Made by a program: the position numbers and the translations under genes. From an uncultured Streptococcus sp. (lineage in GTDB: Bacteria; Bacillota; Bacilli; Lactobacillales; Streptococcaceae): 64,000 bases of DNA. Positions 55,225 to 64,000 of this stretch are shown piece after piece. Numbering within the stretch: position 1 is the first letter of the stretch; the number at the start of each line of letters is the position of its first letter. The notes below the pieces were generated by a model. It did not search any database. It was not told the DNA's origin and saw only the letters and a program-made list of their open reading frames with translations. Location: NCBI GenBank assembly GCA_963535345.1, contig CAUSWL010000002.1:11400-75399 (forward strand). Direction: 5' to 3'.

Positions 55225-57477
55225 TTAGTCTTTCCAACCAAGTTTGCTGTTGATAGTCATCATGATGCTGGCTATCTTCTCACCCCAGTAAGGATCAGAA
55301 GCATAGCGAACATTCATCCCGGTTGCTTTATTTCCAAGGTGGTCTCTGCCATAGTCGATGTAGTTCTCACGGATCCACTTGGCCGCTCCGAGAATTCCTT
55401 TGTCCACATTATCAAAGCTCTTGGCTGAGAGATATGGGCTCGTATCATAAGCAGCAATACCAAAGAAGTTGTTCTTATCTCTGGCAATTTGACTACGTCC
55501 CCACGCACTTTCAAGAGCGCTATGTGCCATCAAGTAAAGGGCATTGACACCGTAGCGTTCCTCAGCTTCTTTGAAAGTCGCTCCTTTACCTGCTAGAGGA
55601 CTATCCTGCAAGTTCATCATTGAATACAGTTTATCCAATTCAGCTGCACTATAATTACTTGGTTCTCTCAAGTTTTTATAGAGGAAAGGATTTTTAATGG
55701 TAAAGCCATCAAAATGCTCTCCATCAGTTGAGTAGTACTTCTTACCAATAACCATAGCAGAAGTGTGTGGAGCTACTTTGATACTCGTGTATGGAGAGAG
55801 TTCATGGTAAAGGAATTTCCCATCACTAGTATAATGAGGGATAAACTCGCTTCCTTCATCCACTGCTGTCAAATCACTTTGATTCATATAGCCAGACAAG
55901 CCAGAAATCGAAACTGCAAGTCGGCCACCTTTTCGCGTCAAGCTATCCAGTGAAACAATGCTTCCTTGGTTAATGTAACTTAAGATTTCTCCAGATGCAC
56001 TATAGACATAGGCTGTGATGGGTTTAACTTTGTAATATTTGGTTTTATCCGCAACATGCCATCTACCAGAAGCATCCAAGGTATGGCCATCCACAGTTTC
56101 ATTTTTTGCCATATAACCGCCTGATTTAAGGTAGTACCATGATTGGTCAGATGAATCGTAGATTAATTCTTTCTCAGCCATCTTTCCATTTGACTTGAGG
56201 TAGAACCAATTGTTCTTGTACCATACCCACTCACTCGCAGCCATATAACCACCAGATTTGAGATAGTAGTAACCATTATCCCAGAGCCATTCTTTATTGA
56301 CATAATTTCCATCAGAGTTAATATAGAACCAAGAGTTATAATTCTTGTCAAAGAGCCAGCCCTTGCCTGCTTTTGCTCCACTGCTGGTCACATAACTACG
56401 GTCAATCCAAGTTTCCGTAGAGAGGTAGCCGCCTAATTTGAAATGGTAATCCTTGCCTTTGATGGTTTGCCAACCTTTTTCAGCATAGGTTCCGTCAGCT
56501 TTCAAGTAAAACCAAGAGTTATAATTCTTGTCAAAAAGCCATTCCGATTTCAATTTAGCTCCACTCTTCGCAACATAGAAACGATCTATCCAGCGCTCGG
56601 TAGAAAGATAGCCACCTGATTTGAAATGGTAATCTTTTCCATCAATAGTTTGCCAGCCTTTTTCGGCATAGCTACCATCAGATTTCAAGTAAAACCAAGC
56701 ATCATAATTCTTATCAAAGAGCCATTCCGATTTCAATTTGGCTCCACTCTTTGCAACATAGAAGCGGCCAATCCAGCGCTCGGTAGAAAGATAGCCTCCA
56801 AATTTGAAATGGTAGTCCTTTCCATCTATGGTTTGCCAGCCATTTTCAGCATAGGTACCATCTTGTTGAAGGTAGAACCAACTGCTATAGTTGTCATCAT
56901 AAATCCAGGCTTGTTTAACCTTATGACCATTTTCTGACAAATAGGTCTTACCAAGCCAAGCATTTTTCAGCATTTTACCTTGTGAATTGATGTAGTACTG
57001 GTTCTCACCTTGAGTGATCCACTCATCTTTGGCCATTTTCCCGTCTTCTTTAAGGTAATATTTTTCCTGACCTTGTTGAATCCATTCGTTCTGAGCTTTC
57101 TGACCATCAGACTTGAGATAATACCAGGATTCTTGTTCCTGATTAAATACCCACTGTTCCTTGGCTTTAGCACCACTTTCAGTCACATAGTACTGCCCAA
57201 CCCACGTTTTCGTAGCTAATTTTCCAGCTTCGTTAAAATAGTAATCCTTACCAGCAACAGTCAACCAGCCGTTCTCAGCACGATTTCCATCAGCTGTTAA
57301 ATAAAACCAGGCCTGTTGCGTTTGATCATAGATCCATTGGTTGGTTGCTGGTTTCCCGTCTGCTTTGAGGTAGGTCTTTCCTTGCCAAGTTCCCTCTTCT
57401 GCTTTTGCTGTCTCCACTACAGTAAAAAAACACCCCAATAAGCCAACACTTACTAGGGCCACTTTCCATCGTTTCAT
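55225..57477 (-). CDS. lytB: Endo-beta-N-acetylglucosaminidase LytB (choline-binding repeats + GH73)
   Basis: Signal peptide, many W(F/Y)Y..xG repeats, HSALESAWG, NNFFGI and YASDPYW motifs. Confidence 0.93.
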   Translation of the reverse strand: MKRWKVALVSVGLLGCFFTVVETAKAEEGTWQGKTYLKADGKPATNQWIYDQTQQAWFYLTADGNRAENGWLTVAGKDYYFNEAGKLATKTWVGQYYVTESGAKAKEQWVFNQEQESWYYLKSDGQKAQNEWIQQGQEKYYLKEDGKMAKDEWITQGENQYYINSQGKMLKNAWLGKTYLSENGHKVKQAWIYDDNYSSWFYLQQDGTYAENGWQTIDGKDYHFKFGGYLSTERWIGRFYVAKSGAKLKSEWLFDKNYDAWFYLKSDGSYAEKGWQTIDGKDYHFKSGGYLSTERWIDRFYVAKSGAKLKSEWLFDKNYNSWFYLKADGTYAEKGWQTIKGKDYHFKLGGYLSTETWIDRSYVTSSGAKAGKGWLFDKNYNSWFYINSDGNYVNKEWLWDNGYYYLKSGGYMAASEWVWYKNNWFYLKSNGKMAEKELIYDSSDQSWYYLKSGGYMAKNETVDGHTLDASGRWHVADKTKYYKVKPITAYVYSASGEILSYINQGSIVSLDSLTRKGGRLAVSISGLSGYMNQSDLTAVDEGSEFIPHYTSDGKFLYHELSPYTSIKVAPHTSAMVIGKKYYSTDGEHFDGFTIKNPFLYKNLREPSNYSAAELDKLYSMMNLQDSPLAGKGATFKEAEERYGVNALYLMAHSALESAWGRSQIARDKNNFFGIAAYDTSPYLSAKSFDNVDKGILGAAKWIRENYIDYGRDHLGNKATGMNVRYASDPYWGEKIASIMMTINSKLGWKD
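56332..56880 (-). repeat. Three tandem 183-bp (61-aa) repeats in the lytB choline-binding domain
   Basis: TTTGAAATGGTA recurs at 56437, 56620 and 56803; WFYL..DG.YAE.GWQTI.GKDYHFK.GGYLSTE.WI occurs three times. Confidence 0.92.
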
Positions 57478-57587
57478 TTAAATGCTCCAATAACGTTTTC
57501 TAAACCCTATTGTAACATAGTTAACCGACGGAAATATTACAAATTGATGAAGATTCTATTTCTTGTTGAAGATAAGGAGGACCTAGC

Positions 57588-59337
<1,750 letters not shown>

Positions 59338-59369
59338 GACTTTTCCTCCTTAAATTTTAAGGGGACCAG

Positions 59370-59512
59370 ACAAAGAAAAGACCTTGCTAGTGCAAGGCCT
59401 CAGTTAAAATCGTACAACACAAGAGAGCACACTCAAAAGGTCTCCTCTAGAAAATTGCACTATTCTTTTATCTGACACCTTGTGAGTCTCTCTGGACTCC
59501 CCTTAAAGGTTA
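59370..59512 (-). promoter_or_regulatory. PyrR-dependent attenuator
   Basis: CCTTTAA-GGG-AGTCCAGAGAGACT-CACAAGG binding loop (59509-59478); terminator GGCCTTGC..GCAAGGTC-TTTTCTTT (59400-59371). Confidence 0.85.
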
Positions 59513-59585
59513 AATTTTTACTAGTATACTCTTTCAGCTAAAAAAAGTCAAGTAGAAAACGAACATTCTACTTGACCTCACGAGA

Positions 59586-59972
59586 TTATTTTTCACGAAT
59601 GACTTCAACCTTGTAGCCATCAGGGTCTTTGACAAAGTAATAGTTTGGTGCAGTTCCTGGTAGGCCATTTGGCTCGGTCACTTCATAACCTTTGGCACTA
59701 TGTTCTTGATGAAGCGCCTCAAGATCAGGTGTACTTAGGGCGATATGGGCAAATCCATCTCCAACCACATACGGACCGTGATCGTAGTTATAAGTCAACT
59801 CCAACTCATAGTCATCACCCTCAAGTCCTAGATAGACAATCGTGAAGGCATGGTCTGGAAAATCTCTGCGACGCAATTCTTTAAAACCAAAAGCATCTTG
59901 ATAAAATGCAATTGATTTTTCAAGGTTTTCTACTCGTAAGCAAGTGTGTAGCATTTTTGAAGTCATTTTCAT
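59586..59972 (-). CDS. gloA: Lactoylglutathione lyase (VOC family)
   Basis: HTCLRV, ELELTYN, HIAL and DPDGYKVE motifs. Confidence 0.9.
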   Translation of the reverse strand: MKMTSKMLHTCLRVENLEKSIAFYQDAFGFKELRRRDFPDHAFTIVYLGLEGDDYELELTYNYDHGPYVVGDGFAHIALSTPDLEALHQEHSAKGYEVTEPNGLPGTAPNYYFVKDPDGYKVEVIREK

Positions 59973-60063
59973 TACCTCTTTCGTTTTAATAGTTCTATTA
60001 TACCTTTATTCAGGAAAATTTACTAGAAACTTGAACTAGAGTCCTCTTCTCTAAGCTTTCATT

Positions 60064-62835
60064 CTAAGCAGCACTTTTACGATTTTCCTTGCGTATATTG
60101 CGAATAAGGAAAAGCATGATCAGGACAAAAAGTCCTTCGAGGAAGTAGAACGTAAATTCGCTGTTCATGAGTAGTAAGTCTTTGTAATGATAGTTATTAT
60201 CGAAAACTGAATTTGGTGCGAATAGGATTCGCAACAGTCTTCTTAGGAAAATAAAAATCTGCAAGCCATAAATCATAAAGACCTTCTTCACACCAATCAT
60301 GAAGCCTTGTTCCTTTGTAAAATAAGACAAAGCGATTCCATTTAACAAGAGGATAACGGTTATAGCCAGCGTTTCATTTCGTAGAATAGTTGGATCAAAG
60401 ATGTCTAAACGGCTGTGAATGTAGGGCAACGTTTGAAATAGTAGGATCCCCAAGACTGCTGGTATGAAAATTTTCTTCAGAGATGGTGGAAATCCAGGAC
60501 TAAATCTTGTAAAAGACAAGCAAATCACAAGGATTGCAAAAATATGGAAGTAAGCTATGGCAACTCCTGAAATAGTCTGGCTTCGATTTACCAAAGCAGA
60601 AAGAAAACCAGCAGAAAGAAAGATACCGATAGGAATCAGCTTCTCCAAAGAATAATCCCACTTCAGCCCCTGACTCACTTGGAAACCATCGATGAAGCTG
60701 AAAAATGTAATGAACATAAGGGCACCGATGAGGCCAAACGGTAAGGATGGAATGACGAGGGTTAATAACAAGATTAATAGGAACCATGGATGGGGGCTGT
60801 AGTAGAATTTCCGTTTTTCCCCCCTAGCAGTCACTCCTTCCTCAATCGGTGTTTTCCTTAATTTTAGCATATAGACGTAAAAGAGAGAAAACATACCCGC
60901 ATGAATCCATGAATTATAACCCGGTCGCTCTAGAACACTAAGTAGCAAACTCACAATCGTAAAGAGACCAGAGAAAATCTGAAGAAACTTATTTTTAAGG
61001 ACCTGTCTTTTTTTCCAATCCCAATAAGAGAGCTTGGCCTTTGGATGACTAAGTTCATAAGCATAAACTGTCATCTCTTCTAGTTTCTGGTCTGTCTCCT
61101 CCGTCATCATTTGGGGAGCCATTTTAGAAGTAGGAAAAGGAGCTAAAACATATCTCAGGAGCTCGCCGTCTGTAAACCGATGGTACTCCTTATAGATCTG
61201 TTGAAGCAAAATCGTTAGAATGCGTGGTCTTCCTTTAAAGTAGCTTCTCCACTTTTCCCAATCATTGATATCTTCATCGCTCTTAGTAAGCTTATCTATA
61301 TAAAGATAACCTTCATTGTACCAGTAATCAAAATTTTCTTTTTTATCTAGTGCGTACTCCTCTACCACTGAAGGATAAGAATGGATACTCTTCCAGAAAT
61401 GGAGTTTTTTCAGGTAAGGATTTGATTCCTCATCACTATAACGTTCTACAAATTGGAAAACAAGGGCTAACACTTTCGCATTGGTTAAAGGATAGACGTC
61501 CACCTTTTCTAACAAATCAAGTAGGAGAGTATGATCTTTGACTGTTTCAAAAAGATATTGCCAATCACGTAAAAGTTTATACTCGTCTTCATAGTGAGCA
61601 TGAAGCAACTCATAGAATGCCGCCTCAACTTCATCTGGATTATCTAGAGAGTAGTGACTAAAGTCAACGTTTTCTCCCAGCTCCTCTTTTACTTCTTCTA
61701 AGTAATCAGCCAAGTCATTCAAGAGTGGATAATCCTCTTCAAATATGACTTGTCGGTTTTTTTCAAGGATATAGGTTAAAACGGGCACACTCTTGATTAT
61801 CTGACGATTTTGATTTACTTGATCTAAGACCATAAAGCTCAGATAGGGGTGCTTGAAAAACTCTATCCAAGAGCTCAATTGATTTGCTTGGTTAGAATCT
61901 TGAAGAATTTCTTGGCAAAGTTGATAAGAATAATAGAATTCTTCAGTGGCTTCATGTGCGCTTTCAAGCGAACTGCCTTCCTCTTCTGCTATAGCTCTTT
62001 TAACTTTCCAATACTTCAGCTTATAGTAATAGCCCCAGTACTTAAAGTCAGGTATATAATCTTCCAGCAAGGGGATGAGGATAGAGAATTGCTCCGGTTT
62101 GTTAAAAATATAAACATCCATTTCCTCTAAAACGGATTGAACAATGTCCATATCATACTGATACTGATGAAAGAACTGACGCCATAGATGCTCTTGTTCC
62201 TCTTGGTTATACCCGTCGTTTCCAACAATACTTTCAATCGCATTTTGGATCAGATAGGTTCCTTCATTATAACCACTAAAGTCAAGAGTAGACCTTGTTG
62301 TTCCTTCTTGCCCTTGGTTCTCTTCGTCACCAAACGTTTCAAAGTTGAGGGTATTCGTAGCTCTTTCTTCAGAATCTCCATTTAGCTGAACTTCCTCATC
62401 ATAGTCACTAAAGTCAAGGGTGGACTTTTGCTTATCCTCTTCTGCTTTAAAGGTTTCAAAGTTAAAGGAATCGCTGAATTTATCAGTCGATTGCTGATAA
62501 TCACTGAAATCAAGACTAGATCTTTCAGACTCTTCGTTCTCAGTATTCGTTTCTTCAGTCAAGTTTTCAAAGTGGAGACTAGAGTTAGGCTTTTCATTCG
62601 CCTCTTCTTCAAGTTCAGCAGCTTCTTGAGAGTCACTCGCTTTTCTTAGACTATTTTCTGGTTTTGTATTTCTAGATCTCACATAAGTCAAGGCTTTTTG
62701 ATAAGCTTCAACAATTTCTTGGTAAATTTCTGGTTGGTCTTCTGGGTGATAGAGCCGAACCAGTTCAGCATAACGCCTTCTAATAAGCTTGACGTCAGTC
62801 GTTGGCTCTATCCCTAAAGTTTCCCATATATTCAT
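60064..62835 (-). CDS. J-domain (HPE) protein with acidic linker, duplicated helical domain and multi-TM C-terminus
   Basis: WETLGI.PTTD...IRRRY..L...HPE...Y..I.EAY N-terminus; about 10 hydrophobic segments after residue ~620; directly downstream of Hsp70. Confidence 0.82.
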   Translation of the reverse strand: MNIWETLGIEPTTDVKLIRRRYAELVRLYHPEDQPEIYQEIVEAYQKALTYVRSRNTKPENSLRKASDSQEAAELEEEANEKPNSSLHFENLTEETNTENEESERSSLDFSDYQQSTDKFSDSFNFETFKAEEDKQKSTLDFSDYDEEVQLNGDSEERATNTLNFETFGDEENQGQEGTTRSTLDFSGYNEGTYLIQNAIESIVGNDGYNQEEQEHLWRQFFHQYQYDMDIVQSVLEEMDVYIFNKPEQFSILIPLLEDYIPDFKYWGYYYKLKYWKVKRAIAEEEGSSLESAHEATEEFYYSYQLCQEILQDSNQANQLSSWIEFFKHPYLSFMVLDQVNQNRQIIKSVPVLTYILEKNRQVIFEEDYPLLNDLADYLEEVKEELGENVDFSHYSLDNPDEVEAAFYELLHAHYEDEYKLLRDWQYLFETVKDHTLLLDLLEKVDVYPLTNAKVLALVFQFVERYSDEESNPYLKKLHFWKSIHSYPSVVEEYALDKKENFDYWYNEGYLYIDKLTKSDEDINDWEKWRSYFKGRPRILTILLQQIYKEYHRFTDGELLRYVLAPFPTSKMAPQMMTEETDQKLEEMTVYAYELSHPKAKLSYWDWKKRQVLKNKFLQIFSGLFTIVSLLLSVLERPGYNSWIHAGMFSLFYVYMLKLRKTPIEEGVTARGEKRKFYYSPHPWFLLILLLTLVIPSLPFGLIGALMFITFFSFIDGFQVSQGLKWDYSLEKLIPIGIFLSAGFLSALVNRSQTISGVAIAYFHIFAILVICLSFTRFSPGFPPSLKKIFIPAVLGILLFQTLPYIHSRLDIFDPTILRNETLAITVILLLNGIALSYFTKEQGFMIGVKKVFMIYGLQIFIFLRRLLRILFAPNSVFDNNYHYKDLLLMNSEFTFYFLEGLFVLIMLFLIRNIRKENRKSAA

Positions 62836-62848
62836 AAGGTCTCCTCTT

Positions 62849-64000
62849 TTACAGTCCTCGCTCTAGGAAGTCTAAATAGTTTGAAAATGATTGATAAAGT
62901 TTTGGCAAATGATACACAGATGCTTGACTGACCTCTTCTTCAAATCGTCTAGTTTCAGCCATTAGCTCATCTCTTCTTCTCCCCAAGAGCATACTGTACA
63001 CGCGATTCGCTTTTTCAATCAAGAAACGATAAACCTCTGTTTCTTGAGCATTAATCTTATAGCGAGTCAACTCTGCTTGCTTAGCCTTGATTTCCTTTTC
63101 TGTCAGAGTAACACTATCTTGGAGAATAACATTGCTAAAGACTTCCTGTGTGGAATCAATTTTGACTTCTACATCCAAGATTCCATTTAAATCATAGGTA
63201 AAACGAACTGTGAAACTTTCATTTTCGCGAGTATTCACAGGCACGGGGACTTCTAGTTCTCCTAAGAACAGGTTTTGTGATGCCTTCATCATCTCACCTT
63301 GATAGACCTTTATCTTGACTTGACTCTGTCCCAATTCAGCCGTATAGTACTGCTCGATGCGTGAAGCAGGTAGGGTAGAATTTCGCTCAATAATCGGCGA
63401 AAAACGGTCTCCAACTATCTCAATCCCCAGTGTAAAAGGACAAATATCAGACAGCAACAAATCTCGTATCTCACCCTGCCGTTCTTTTATTCCTGCTAGG
63501 AGGGCACAACCTCTCGCAATCATCCGATCGGGATCATCAGATACCTGCACCATTTGATTGATACAGTAGGATAAAAAGTCCTGAACCAAGCGGAGTTTCG
63601 AAGTCCCACCAACAAGAACAAAATTATCAGAAGACACATAGCTATAGCGTGCGTCCATCAAGGCACGGTCCAAAACAGCCTTAACACGTGCTAGCAGCGG
63701 TTGACAAAGCTCATAAAAGCGCTGGTAGCTCAAGTCTAAAGAGTATTCCTGATCTTGGTCCATCACTGTCATCTTCACTTCTTCTTTATCATTCAGTTCC
63801 AGCTTTGTCTTTTCAGCCTGTACCAAAATTTTGCTATAAAATTCACGGGAAATAGTATCCTTGGTTAATTGATTGGAGACTAAAAATTCCTCAGCAATAG
63901 CCGCAGTAAAGTCTTCTCCCCCCAAGCGATTGTCCCCTGCGATTGACACGATTTCAACGATATTATCAAAAAGCTCCACAACTGAAATGTCTAGAGTACC
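62849..64000 (-). CDS. Hsp70 family chaperone, HscC-like (5' part outside the window)
   Basis: GTLDISV, GDNRLGGEDF, VLVGGTS, LSDICPFTLGI, IIERN..LP, VYQGE and FTYDLNGIL motifs. Confidence 0.88.
   Translation of the reverse strand, partial: GTLDISVVELFDNIVEIVSIAGDNRLGGEDFTAAIAEEFLVSNQLTKDTISREFYSKILVQAEKTKLELNDKEEVKMTVMDQDQEYSLDLSYQRFYELCQPLLARVKAVLDRALMDARYSYVSSDNFVLVGGTSKLRLVQDFLSYCINQMVQVSDDPDRMIARGCALLAGIKERQGEIRDLLLSDICPFTLGIEIVGDRFSPIIERNSTLPASRIEQYYTAELGQSQVKIKVYQGEMMKASQNLFLGELEVPVPVNTRENESFTVRFTYDLNGILDVEVKIDSTQEVFSNVILQDSVTLTEKEIKAKQAELTRYKINAQETEVYRFLIEKANRVYSMLLGRRRDELMAETRRFEEEVSQASVYHLPKLYQSFSNYLDFLERGL

Noticed and set aside
57490..57560. Possible WalR box upstream of lytB
   Set aside because: TGTAAT and TGTTAC half-sites are present but not at 5-nt spacing; the second is better explained as an extended -10 (TGtTACAAT).

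Overview
A mostly core-genome, minus-strand-dominated chromosomal window from a mitis-group Streptococcus (S. oralis/S. mitis-like, inferred from gene content, a BOX element, choline-binding LytB, ciaRH and coiA). Gene order: partial dnaE, pepX, argR, obgE, glycolipid glycosyltransferases, rpoD-dnaG, a Trp T-box-controlled ABC transporter, ppc, ftsW, prsA, pepF, coiA, tehB-smpB-rnr-secG-rpmG, pmrA-coaE-mutM-era-dgkA-ybeY, pavA, the rpiA-deoB-punA-deoD nucleoside operon, a U32 protein, an HrtAB-like exporter, ciaRH, pepN, lytB, pyrK-pyrD and gloA. No CRISPR array, IS, prophage, rRNA or tRNA is visible. The best second-look items are: (1) a five-unit intergenic array upstream of deoD whose two long units share a fold with compensatory base changes; (2) an orphan CARF + PD-(D/E)xK (Card1/Can2-like, DUF1887) gene with no CRISPR context; (3) a coupled DUF2829 (Tad2-like)-SDR-Nudix-PEP-utilizer-ASCH operon; (4) an HscC-like Hsp70 with a 923-aa HPE-type J-domain membrane protein; (5) a Trp-codon mini-ORF between the Trp T-box and its transporter; (6) a decayed tandem copy of the pepX 3' end. 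All family calls come from recognising sequence motifs, not from database searches.
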